A DNA stretch of 63,992 bases, the filler included, from Lama guanicoe (Eukaryota), in the NCBI GenBank assembly GCA_013239625.1. It is 96 parts of 96 records of this genome, joined end to end, with 100 filler letters (N's around TTAATTAATTAA, not from the genome) between each part and the next. Parts side by side here need not be neighbours in the genome. Positions count along the whole stretch, not along the records: positions 12,004 to 12,357 come from PNXV01028413.1; positions 12,458 to 12,693 come from PNXV01028414.1; positions 12,794 to 13,379 come from PNXV01028415.1; positions 13,480 to 13,913 come from PNXV01028418.1; positions 14,014 to 14,904 come from PNXV01028419.1; positions 15,005 to 15,507 come from PNXV01028420.1; positions 15,608 to 16,261 come from PNXV01028421.1; positions 16,362 to 16,593 come from PNXV01028422.1; 88 more parts are not named here. The stretch is one strand, 5' to 3'. The position numbers and the translations under genes are program-made. Each line of letters opens with the position of its first letter. The first letter of the stretch is position 1. This document shows, in pieces, positions 11,904 to 22,892 of the stretch. The notes under the pieces were generated by a model. That model had not been told where the DNA came from. It saw nothing but the letters and a program-made list of their open reading frames with translations, and searched no databases.

Positions 11904-12457
11904 NNNNNNNNNNNNNNNNNNNNNNNNNNNNNNNNNNNNNNNNNNNNTTAATTAATTAANNNNNNNNNNNNNNNNNNNNNNNNNNNNNNNNNNNNNNNNN
12001 NNNGAAATCTCCAGCTACTGAAATCCTGAGAGCTTAGGGACTCGGGAAAGGGAGTAATTACTGTAAATTGGAGTAAGGAATCTCGTGAAATATTTAAAAT
12101 AGTCAGAGAAAATTAGACGTGTTGTGGTATTTCATGAGAATTATTAGAAACAATGGTTACCGAGGAAAAGAAAAGGCAAGCCGGAAACTGCGGACTCCGT
12201 TCCGGTGGCTTTGTCCTCCTGCGTGGGCCTGGGACTTCATCTCCTCTCTCTTCATTCGAGTTTCCGCATCTGTAAAATCAATGTTAAGCTATAGCTCGTG
12301 GATTTTGTGAGCGTCAGGCAAGACAACACACATAGAAGTGCCTGGATTTGGTCTTGCNNNNNNNNNNNNNNNNNNNNNNNNNNNNNNNNNNNNNNNNNNN
12401 NTTAATTAATTAANNNNNNNNNNNNNNNNNNNNNNNNNNNNNNNNNNNNNNNNNNNN

Positions 12458-12693
12458 AGGAAAAAACCCAGGGGAGTCGAGCTTAGGCATTCCGTTAGAA
12501 CTCACGTACTGCTTACCATTAGCGGAACCTCCGCACGCTCAGGATTCCGGAACCATTCTCAGTGCGTGGGGAGCTCGAGACACAACTCCACGCAGCTCTC
12601 TTTAGTCACAAGTGTTCCCTGTTTGGGGGAATTCTGAGAACTAATTTCCTTGACCTTGGGGAGGCAGCCTCTGTCACTAGGATTGCCTGAAAC
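12458..12693 (+). repeat. Partial monomer of the 267-bp satellite family
   Basis: Collinear with 42334-42570: aggaaaa..c.cagggg..cgagct.agg.attcc.ttag...aggattccggaacc.ttct...gtgggga.gctcgaga...agtcaca...tgttccctgtt...ccttgggga. Confidence 0.85.
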
Positions 12694-12869
12694 NNNNNNN
12701 NNNNNNNNNNNNNNNNNNNNNNNNNNNNNNNNNNNNNTTAATTAATTAANNNNNNNNNNNNNNNNNNNNNNNNNNNNNNNNNNNNNNNNNNNNAGAACAA
12801 TATAGAATTCATTTTTAAAAATCTCCATTAATATTAAGATATTGCATTTATTTTTGTGGGAGAGTATCA

Positions 12870-13290
12870 GCTAACATATCAGTAATTGGAATCCTAAAAG
12901 CAGAAGGAAAGAGAAGACACAGAAGAAATGGTTGAAGTAATAACAGTCAAGAACTTTCCAAAATCAGTGACAGACACCAAAACACAGGTCCAAGAAGCTC
13001 AGAGAACATCAAGCAGCGTAGAAACAAAACAGAACCTCCCATCTACACATCACCATCAAACTGCTGAAATCCAGAGACAGAGAAACAATCTTGAAGGAAA
13101 CAGGAGAAAAAGAAGACACATTACCTACAGAGGAACAGCATAACAAGTAGACTGGGCTTCTTATCAGAAATGAGGCAAGCACGATGACAATGGAATGACA
13201 TCAAATGCTGAAAGAAACACATGTCAATACAGAATTCTATACCAAGTGAAAATATTCTTCAAAAGTGAAGGATAAATAAAGAGCTTTTCA
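12870..13290 (+). mobile_element. L1 ORF1 fragment, degraded
   Basis: EVITVKNFPKSVTDTKTQVQEAQRT resembles ORF1p I.ENFPNL....NIQIQEAQRT. It is followed by catcaccatcaaactgctgaaa and agaattctataccaagtgaaaatattcttcaaaagtgaagg (RILYPAKLSFK.EG). Confidence 0.88.
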
Positions 13291-13504
13291 AGCAATCTGC
13301 CCCCTACCCTCTCCTGCCCCAAACCAAAACCCAAACCAAACAACAACAAAAATAAAACCCCAAACTCAGGGAATTTATTNNNNNNNNNNNNNNNNNNNNN
13401 NNNNNNNNNNNNNNNNNNNNNNNTTAATTAATTAANNNNNNNNNNNNNNNNNNNNNNNNNNNNNNNNNNNNNNNNNNNNCATTGTTTTTCCACGTTTTCC
13501 AAAT

Positions 13505-13620
13505 TGTCAACAAGTATTTATCTGGCACTGGTGTATGTCCAGCACGAAGCAGGGCTGATGACACAGTGGTGAACAGGACGCCATCCTGAGGCTCCAAGGG
13601 CAAAAGTCCTGGGAATGGTG
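13505..13620 (-). mobile_element. L2 3' end
   Basis: tcaacaagtatttatctggcac...tatgtccagcac..gcagggctgatgacacagtggtgaacaggac is the typical reverse L2 terminus. Confidence 0.6.
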
Positions 13621-14013
13621 AATGTGCCAACAGTGTGTTTTATTAGGGTTTGGTAAGATGGACAGGCGTAAAAGGCGCATGGAAGAGGCGCCTAAAATCT
13701 TGTCTTCGCACACAGACAGCACACATAGAGAACATCTGGCCAGCAATGAATGTCCATCGTGTGTATACTTAGAAAACATTACAATGAAACCTATTGGGTT
13801 TTAAAAGACTGAAGAAAGAGAATGAGCACTCATATTCTACTAGACAAGTCTGGGAGGTGGATTAAAGTATCAGCTAAACAACCCACATGCAACAAACAGC
13901 TTCTGACAGATTCNNNNNNNNNNNNNNNNNNNNNNNNNNNNNNNNNNNNNNNNNNNNTTAATTAATTAANNNNNNNNNNNNNNNNNNNNNNNNNNNNNNN
14001 NNNNNNNNNNNNN

Positions 14014-14904
14014 AGAGTATAGGAAGTGTTTAGAGTCACCTGAAAGGGACCAAGAATTATTACGTCTCTATCAGAATAGTCTGCAGGGTACGAAATAGTC
14101 ACAGGGCTTCTTCGCTTTATATAACTGCAAATCCACCTCCAACGACATAGAAATGGAAGTACCCTTGGTCTAAAAACAAATCACATTTTGGTACCATTGG
14201 CTAGTGATCACATACTTTGATGACTAACCAGATGCTAACAATAGGCAAAGATGAGATTTTAGATTAATTCTGTGTTTATTTAGCTATCTTTCTCTGTGTT
14301 GCCCAGCTTTCATTTTTCTTACCATCATGGACTTGAGAAATGGCCCCTAAGTTCTCTTCAGATTTTAAGATGTAGTGATTCTAGGAAACATTTTATCAAG
14401 GCTGCTCACAAGTTACGATGATCATTTTTTACTCATCATCTGGGAGAATGATCTGATCTGAGTTTAACCTCTACTCTCTGCCCAGATCGGCCCTCAATAG
14501 ATTTGCCAGGGAGTTGTGAATGGACAAAGGGAAGCCCTCAGGATGAAGGAGAAGGAACAAGCCACATACCCACCAAGAGAGAAATTAGATGCAGTGAAGC
14601 ATTGTCAAGGCCTGGGGAAAGAGTAGAATAAAACCCCAAGCTCAACCCCACTTTTCTTCCTACTTCTTTCACCCACTGTGCTCTGCTGTGACTGGCCTTT
14701 TGCATGCGTGCATGGACACTCTGACCTGGACTTCCAAGCGTTGTCTACCATCACTTCCTCCACCTGTCTCTCTCCTGGTTGCCCCTCATGCCTAGGTTGG
14801 TTGTGTCCAAAGCATTGTCCACCCTAAGGAAGAGGGACCTGGTGGAGAAGCCCTCGCAAAAGGCTTCAAATGCTAGAATCATCTAGGCTGGAAATTCCAG
14901 AATC
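14014..14904 (+). repeat. Second copy of the 9572-10462 contig
   Basis: End-to-end collinear match, no indels. Confidence 0.97.
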
Positions 14905-16511
14905 NNNNNNNNNNNNNNNNNNNNNNNNNNNNNNNNNNNNNNNNNNNNTTAATTAATTAANNNNNNNNNNNNNNNNNNNNNNNNNNNNNNNNNNNNNNNN
15001 NNNNCTTATACAACCCAGTCATACTGAATAACTTAGGTTTGCAAACCGGGAAATCAATCACCTTCCTATTTTGAAAATATGCACACATGTGAGGGAGTTT
15101 TGCCAAAGAAAGAACAATTCTGGATCCTCAATGATGAAAATTATTTAGAGCAGTGGTCATAGCCACCAGAAGTCACTGTGCAACTGTACGTAAGGCTTTG
15201 CACAGGGTGAAACCTCTGTTTTGATTCCCTTTCCAGTATGTTTGGATGATGATCTTGTTAAGTATGGACTCAAGCCATGAATTCTAGAGAGTGTCTGCCA
15301 TGATTTGTTTAAAAAAACATGTTGATGTTATAATAGTACCTTCCAGGACTCTGCCTGGATAAAGGGGGACTCCTGAAGAAGGAACACAATGAACAGATTC
15401 AGTCATAATTTTTTTTTTGTTTTAAAATACGCAAGGCAGTTTTGGGTTGGGGGCCACAGATAGCCTGCGGGATAGCAGGAAAGGAGACAAGTCAGGGACG
15501 AGGTCATNNNNNNNNNNNNNNNNNNNNNNNNNNNNNNNNNNNNNNNNNNNNTTAATTAATTAANNNNNNNNNNNNNNNNNNNNNNNNNNNNNNNNNNNNN
15601 NNNNNNNTATGCTTTTCTTTTGATATTAGAAACAATTTCTCTAGTTCATCTTTTTTTTTTAATTTGATTTTTTTGCAGTGTTAATTATGTTCTTTCTAGC
15701 TGTGTTACAAATTTCATTGTTTTTATTTGCCCATGAATTCTAGCTTATGTCATTCTTCTCCTTTTCCATTTCATTCTGCTTTATATCTTGTTTTTTCCTA
15801 TTGGTGTTTTTCTTTCCATTTTACAGATGGCAGATGTTCTTGGATGGTAAGAAATTTTACTTATTCACACAGAAATATTGTTTTCTCTGTTATGTGTCTC
15901 CGCATTCAAGACAATAGTTATTTTCTCTGTTTTTGCATCACTTAGTCACAAATTATTGTTGTTGTTTTTGTTTTTTTCAATATCACTTAAAGAAGTGAAA
16001 GCTACTCCAGTTCAGGGCTTTGTAATTATCAGCTCTGTGACTGCTCCTGCTGCGCTCTCTCCCCATACAGGTGGCGGCTAGATGCATTGCTCAGTCCCTC
16101 ACCTGGACCAAAAGCTAAGTCCCCAGCCTCGCCAATGATTCTTGTTAGACTTCCGTGGAGACTCTGCATTGCTGCGGTCAGTTTTGATCCTTTCACCAAA
16201 TGATCTTACTTTACTGTGAACCTACAGAGGGTGTGGAAGACAAAGTTTGGAGACTGTGCTCNNNNNNNNNNNNNNNNNNNNNNNNNNNNNNNNNNNNNNN
16301 NNNNNTTAATTAATTAANNNNNNNNNNNNNNNNNNNNNNNNNNNNNNNNNNNNNNNNNNNNGTGGATATTAAATTCTAGTTTGGTTAATTGAGGTCCATA
16401 TTTACTAAGAAACTTCCCAGAACATTCTTTGCTGTTATGTCATATTGCTATACAGTTTAATTGAATTATGAAAAGGATACTCTAGGTTTGTTTCTGAAGC
16501 TTAGTAATCTA

Positions 16512-16593
16512 TCCTTGGGTAAAGATCCAATGCCCCATGACCTACAGCCAGGGGATTATACATACTGGAACAGGCATGCCTTAAAGAACTGTC
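16512..16593 (+). mobile_element. Endogenous retrovirus pol (integrase C-terminal) fragment
   Basis: Translation KDPMPHDLQPGDYTYWNRHALKNC fits the ERV integrase C-terminal motif H.LQPGD.VYWKRH..K..L.PRWKGP. It is cut by the contig end. Confidence 0.55.
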
Positions 16594-16715
16594 NNNNNNN
16601 NNNNNNNNNNNNNNNNNNNNNNNNNNNNNNNNNNNNNTTAATTAATTAANNNNNNNNNNNNNNNNNNNNNNNNNNNNNNNNNNNNNNNNNNNNGATAGAG
16701 AAATGTATGAACTGA

Positions 16716-16865
16716 TTCTTTTCTTTTCTTTTCTTTTCTTTTGAGGAGAGGAAATTAGTCTTATTTTTTATTTACTTATTTTTTGAATGGAGGTACTGGG
16801 AGATTGAACCCAGGACCCTGTGCATGTTAAGCATATGCTCTACAACTGAGCTATACCCTCCCCCC
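16716..16865 (-). mobile_element. tRNA-derived camelid-type SINE (vic-1-like) with (AAAAG)n tail
   Basis: Reverse strand GGGGGGAGGGTATAGCTCAGTTGTAGAGCATATGCTTAACATGCACAGGGTCCTGGGTTCAATCTCCCAGTACCTCCA has A and B boxes and an A-rich linker. Flanks gaactgattctt and gaactgttctt look like a target-site duplication. Confidence 0.9.
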
Positions 16866-17029
16866 GAACTGTTCTTTAAATTAGTTCAGTGAAAAAGTGC
16901 TAACTGAATGCCTGTTTGTGACTTGCATTGCTCTAGTTGCTGCAGAATGAACAGTGTCCCCTACATAGTAAATGCTGGTGGAGAAAAAACTTAAAAGTTT
17001 GCTGGGAACATTTAGAATGGGTACAACAG

Positions 17030-17208
17030 ATCTCTAGAGCCTGCAGTCTATTCATTTTGCTCAAATGAAACTTTATGCACACTGATTAGTGACTTTCCAT
17101 TTCTCCCTTCCCTAGTTCCTGGTAACAACCATTCTACTCTTTCAGTCTATGAATTTGATTATTTTTAGATACCTCATGTATATAGTAGGGTCATTCACTT
17201 AGCGTAAT
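17030..17208 (-). mobile_element. L1 3'UTR fragment
   Basis: cagatctctagagc...gaaactttatgcac...cctggtaacaaccattctactct...atgaatttgattatttttagatacctcatgta. Confidence 0.75.
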
Positions 17209-17845
17209 NNNNNNNNNNNNNNNNNNNNNNNNNNNNNNNNNNNNNNNNNNNNTTAATTAATTAANNNNNNNNNNNNNNNNNNNNNNNNNNNNNNNNNNNN
17301 NNNNNNNNACCTGTAGCAGTAGTCGTATGAGACGTACGACATACATTAAAGAGATATACTCTTAAATTCCAGTCCCAGGAAAACAAGAATATAATAGAAA
17401 TAGTCATGAGAAAGGGAGAATATTAAAGTTTGAATAATGTCTCTTGCAAGAGAATAGTGCTTGTGTCCTTCACTCAATATTTTCAGTATTGAGAGAGATA
17501 TTTGAACTTTCTTTTAGATATATAATTCTTCTAAAATATTTAATGGGATTTGCAGTTTGCTGATTTGATAATTGTGTCAACGAATGCAAAAGAATAAAGA
17601 ATAATGAGTAGAGTTGGAGTTTGTTTTAAAAAGGCAGGAAAAGTTAAGTAATACATGTAGATATCCGGGAATATTGTTCATATGTTCAAAGACAGCGGAA
17701 GAGCCTAAGTTTACACTTCACTGAAGAATGATATCATATACTACANNNNNNNNNNNNNNNNNNNNNNNNNNNNNNNNNNNNNNNNNNNNTTAATTAATTA
17801 ANNNNNNNNNNNNNNNNNNNNNNNNNNNNNNNNNNNNNNNNNNNN

Positions 17846-18301
17846 AAAATATTTGCAAATGATACGACTAATAAAGGCTTAATTTTCAGAATATATAAAC
17901 AGCTCATAGAACTTAATAACAAAGAAACAAGCAACTAAATCCAAAAATAGGCAGAAGACTTAAACAAGCATTTCTCCAATGAAGACACAAATGGCCAATA
18001 GACACATGAAAAAATGTTCAGTATCACTAATAAACCAAGAAATGCAAATCAAAACTACAATGAGGAATCAGCTCACACGAGTCAGAATGACCATCACTCA
18101 GAATTTCATGAATGATAAATGGTAGAGAGGCTGAAGAGGGAAGGGTACCCTTTTACACTGCTGGTGGGAATCCTGTTTGGTGTAGTCATTAAGGAAAGAA
18201 TGGAAATCCCTCAAAGAAGTTGTGGTATATTTATACACTAGAATAATGCTCGACCATGAAAAGGACAAAATAAAACCATTTGCAGCAACATGGATGGAGC
18301 T
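17846..18301 (+). mobile_element. L1 ORF2 3' end with a small internal deletion
   Basis: aaaatatttgcaaatgat...aagaaatgcaaatcaaaactacaatgag...tacactgctggtgggaat...ccatttgcagcaacatggatggag. Confidence 0.93.
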
Positions 18302-18401
18302 NNNNNNNNNNNNNNNNNNNNNNNNNNNNNNNNNNNNNNNNNNNNTTAATTAATTAANNNNNNNNNNNNNNNNNNNNNNNNNNNNNNNNNNNNNNNNNNN
18401 N

Positions 18402-18847
18402 GCTGTTACCACTTCCCCAAACCCGCATATGAGCTGCGGTGAAGACGCACAGTTCAGCAAATACTAAGGTGGTGGGGAGGGGCACCGAAACCTTGGCGGC
18501 GGGCCCGGGACCAGCCTCAGGGTCCTGACGGGCCGGCCGCGCGGCCTGGGCCTCACCTCCGCACCCCTCCCTCCCTGTGCGCCTCCCCAGCGGCACATCC
18601 CGGGCCTCACCCGCCGGCTCCTAGTCCCGCGCGCGCCCACCAGCGCCCCCTTACCTGCTCGGCGATGCAGCAGAAGCGACAGCCAGCGGCGGCCCAGATA
18701 CCAGGCCGCGTTCCTCCTCCGGGAGCTGGTCCAGGAGCAGCCGGCTCCCTCCCAGCGTCCGCGCGCTCTGGGCGCTCTCCCGCGTCCGCACCCGCGCCCC
18801 TCCTCCTCCCGCCCGCAGCGCGGACTCTCGGCTGGGGCTCCTGCACT
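18402..18847 (-). promoter_or_regulatory. CpG island containing a probable first (5'UTR) exon on the minus strand
   Basis: Very GC- and CpG-rich. Has a GC box (GGGCGG near 18810) and a donor GAGCAG|GTAAGG with the exon ending at 18655. Gene not recognised. Confidence 0.7.
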
Positions 18848-19657
18848 NNNNNNNNNNNNNNNNNNNNNNNNNNNNNNNNNNNNNNNNNNNNTTAATTAAT
18901 TAANNNNNNNNNNNNNNNNNNNNNNNNNNNNNNNNNNNNNNNNNNNNTAGCAACTTGAGACATTTGTAATGACGTTCCAAATCTTAAAAAAAAAAATAAA
19001 AAATAAACTGTTTTATTTTTCATTGCAGAAGACAGGAAGGAAAAAAAAGTTAGAAAAGTCAATTAGGAAAATGTATTTTTAATTAAATTGACTGTGTAGT
19101 TATGTAGTGAGTTCATTATCCCTGCCCCAAACTGGAATTTGGAGAGAATAAAAAAGCATCTCTGCCTTGGTGGAATTAATCCTTCCTGAGGTCAGAGGAC
19201 ATTCCGTGTGTCATGTTTCCGCTGGGCCTCAAATGATGAGCAGTATCAAATAGCACTGAGAAGCACACGAGGCGATCACATGACCAGATAAGAGCACAAG
19301 GAAACACGTGGAGCTGGAAACATACAAAATATCTCCACCAGACACAAAATAAACAGGGATCAGAGCAGATTTTAAACATCCTGGGTGTTTATAGAGTTAA
19401 CTTGGGAAGGATGGCAGTACCATCTATGAATGACTCATATGTATTTTGAATTTTTCTTTTTTTGTTCAGTTCACTGTGAGCACTTCAGGGTTGCGTTCTG
19501 GGTAAAACAGTGACACTCATGTTTTCCAACTTCCGACCTTTTAAAAGAAATGAAATANNNNNNNNNNNNNNNNNNNNNNNNNNNNNNNNNNNNNNNNNNN
19601 NTTAATTAATTAANNNNNNNNNNNNNNNNNNNNNNNNNNNNNNNNNNNNNNNNNNNN

Positions 19658-20105
19658 AAGATGTAGAAACTACCCAAGTGTTCAATGACAGATGAGTGGA
19701 TAAAGAAATGGTGATTTAGGTGTACAATGGAATATTCAGCCAAATAAAACAATGAAATCTTGCCATGTGACAATATGGAAGGACCTCAAGAGCATTATGC
19801 TCAATGAAATAACTCAGAGAAAGGCAAATAATGGAGGATCTCACTTATATGTGGAATTAAGAAAGAGATCCAAGCTCATAGATATAGAGAACAGATTGGT
19901 TGTTCCAGAGGCAGGAGGTGAGTGCAGAGAAATGGGTGAAGGTGAAGAGAAACTAACTTCAGTTTTAATACAAATGAGGCATGGAGATGTAAGAAGCAGC
20001 ATGGTGGCCATACTTAATAATATTATATTGCATATTTGAAACTTTTGCTAAGAGAGTTGACCTTCAAAATTCTCATGTGTATGGTGATGAAAGTTCATCT
20101 AGACT
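19658..20105 (+). mobile_element. L1 ORF2 end and 3'UTR
   Basis: cccaagtgttcaatgacagatgagtggataaagaaat...gcattatgctcaatgaaataactcaga...atctcacttatatgtggaat...gagaacagattggttgttccagagg. Confidence 0.9.
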
Positions 20106-20842
20106 TCAAATAGGGAAGAACAGACCTGACTCCATGTGGATCTGTTTCTTGTATTTTAAGCTNNNNNNNNNNNNNNNNNNNNNNNNNNNNNNNNNNNNNN
20201 NNNNNNTTAATTAATTAANNNNNNNNNNNNNNNNNNNNNNNNNNNNNNNNNNNNNNNNNNNNTCAGCATTATAAATCCCATTTTGTTCTTCGCTTGTCTT
20301 CCTTGTCTCTCATGATATCCCCTAGATTGGTTTTCCTCCCTTTCTCTGTCTGCTCTTTCTCAGAGTCCATGTATTAAATGTTAGGAACCATTGCTATTCT
20401 GACTTATGCCCTCTTCTTGACTCACCTTTTCTCTCTTCCTTGTTCCTGTCATCTTATTACTATGATGAACGATTTGACAATGACTCCCAAGTCATTTTAC
20501 CCCAGAATATGCATCTCCAAATTCATACTCCTTATATCTATTTTGATAACTCAGAATCACTTCCAACTCAGGACTGTAATTTATAAATTTGCTCAGGATA
20601 GGAGAAGGGTAAGTTACTATTCCAAAAAAGAGTGAGTATTGGCATATTCGAGATTAGCAACAATGGGGATGAGGATAAATGGGCAGATTCTACAGTTATT
20701 TAGCAGGTAACAGTGTGAGGATTCGATGGCTGATTGTGTGTANNNNNNNNNNNNNNNNNNNNNNNNNNNNNNNNNNNNNNNNNNNNTTAATTAATTAANN
20801 NNNNNNNNNNNNNNNNNNNNNNNNNNNNNNNNNNNNNNNNNN

Positions 20843-21607
20843 CTATGTCTAAATAAGATACCATTCAAATATGAAAACAAAGTAAAAGCATGTACACTCA
20901 AAAATGAGTATTTCCCTCTAGAGTTCCTTCTCTGTAAGGTCAAAAATGATTTTATATGAAAATGCAAAGGACTGAATAAGAAAAGCATTCTTGAAGAAAA
21001 ATAAAGAACAAAATCAGAATACTTATACTATATGATTTTAAAAACTATTGAAAGCTATAATAATTAAGAGAGTGTGATAAGGTTTTAAGCATAGAAAACA
21101 GATCGGTGGGTCAGAATAGGTTGCCCAGAAATAGATTCAAATACATGTTGTTTATTGATATTTGATCAAAGTGCAGGTGAATTCAGTAAAGAAAAAAGGA
21201 GAAAAGATTGGAATGCAGATTTAAAAAGCTGTATGAATAGTAAAAAGAGAAGCACATGAAAATATTGATAAAATATATCATTAGGAAAATGCAACTGAAA
21301 CCAAAATAAGACACTTTTCCACCTATATACTAGAAAGACTAAAATGGGAAAAGACTGATAATGTCAAATGTTTTCTAATATGGGGAATACAGAAAACTTT
21401 CATTCATTGATGCTGGGTAGAAAAATGATACAACCATCATGGAAAACAGTTTCTTAGAAAGTTAATATACACCATCCTGTTGCTCAGCAATTAAATACCT
21501 GGCATTTATTCAAGATAAATGAAAACACATGCATACACACACTTGTCTTGTTCAAGATTGTTCTCAAATTTAGAAGAACAAATGTAGATAAACTTCTATG
21601 TTTGAAT
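20843..21607 (+). mobile_element. Old degraded L1 ORF2
   Basis: gattttatatgaaaatgcaaaggact...aaagctataataattaagagagtgtg...cccagaaatagattca...cattaggaaaatgcaactgaaacc. Confidence 0.75.
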
Positions 21608-22226
21608 NNNNNNNNNNNNNNNNNNNNNNNNNNNNNNNNNNNNNNNNNNNNTTAATTAATTAANNNNNNNNNNNNNNNNNNNNNNNNNNNNNNNNNNNNN
21701 NNNNNNNCCTGCAGCTGGGTGTCATTTTTTCCCTTAAAAATATGAGTTCTGTACACTCCCCAAATATTCAGCTTTGGTCCAATGTGTATGTTGCAAATAT
21801 TTTCCCAGTGTGTTCTTTACCTCTTAATTTTGTGTATTTAGATAACAATGGAAGATTTCCAATTTTATGTAGTCAAAACCCTTTTTTCTGATCCCTTCTA
21901 ATATTTCAGTCTCAGAAATCCCATCCCTCCCTCCCTCCTGCACCCACCTGGTAGGCTATGACACTACCCTGAGAACCTTGGCTCTCAAATCCATTTGTAC
22001 TTTATTTGGGAGCATGTGAATAACATCCCTCCTCCTTGCTGTTACCTGCTGCTCCTTATCACATTCTCCGAGTGNNNNNNNNNNNNNNNNNNNNNNNNNN
22101 NNNNNNNNNNNNNNNNNNTTAATTAATTAANNNNNNNNNNNNNNNNNNNNNNNNNNNNNNNNNNNNNNNNNNNNCTCGCTCTGCGTTTCTCTTCCAACCC
22201 CCGACCTCCTCCGCTCTCCGGCCAAG

Positions 22227-22301
22227 CCTGCTGCCCAGGGCCAGCTCCATCCTCCACCTGCCCCCTAGCTCCTCGGTCCCCGGCCAAACCAGCGATGAGA
22301 T
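22227..22301 (+). CDS. Candidate 75-nt frame-preserving cassette exon, gene unknown
   Basis: AG-free pyrimidine tract 22175-22224, AAG| acceptor and AT|GTGAGG donor. Length is divisible by 3 and two frames are open (LLPRASSILHLPPSSSVPGQTSDE or CCPGPAPSSTCPLAPRSPAKPAMR). Confidence 0.35.
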
Positions 22302-22548
22302 GTGAGGCAGGAGGGGGATTTGCGAGGGGACCTGCCTGCTTCCCACTCCCATGGCTCCCTGCCTGCTGCCTCCTCCTGCCTCCTGCTTCCCTCCTGCGTC
22401 TTTCTGACGCTCCCTAGTCGCCTCTGGTGTGCATCTGAGTGTGCTTTTNNNNNNNNNNNNNNNNNNNNNNNNNNNNNNNNNNNNNNNNNNNNTTAATTAA
22501 TTAANNNNNNNNNNNNNNNNNNNNNNNNNNNNNNNNNNNNNNNNNNNN

Positions 22549-22892
22549 CATTTAAATTATTAAAATATTTTTCTGTGGTGTAAATATAGCCCTTTTGTTT
22601 CTTTAATATATAACTAGTTGTTTGCACATTTCTATTTTCTACATTTTCCCTGTCCCCACAGGAAACCACTATTGGTACACTACACATAAATATGTGATTC
22701 TGTTTCTGTTATTTATGATTATTTCTCTTATATATTTACTTTCCTAGTGTAAGTGATAACACAGTGTGTTTTTCTCTGTATGACATATTTTCCTATGTGC
22801 AACACTTTCTGGGTCCAGTCTCATTGCTCAAAATGACAGAATTTTTTTTTGATATGACAATGACTAAGTATTTATTATGTTATCTATATCTC
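22549..22892 (-). mobile_element. L1 3'UTR fragment
   Basis: gtgattctgtttctgtt...tgtaagtgataacacagtgtg..tttctctgtatgacatatttt...aaatgacagaatttttt. Confidence 0.7.

Noticed and set aside
16790..16865. tRNA gene
   Set aside because: The tRNA-like A/B boxes belong to the SINE head. It has a SINE body, tail and TSD.
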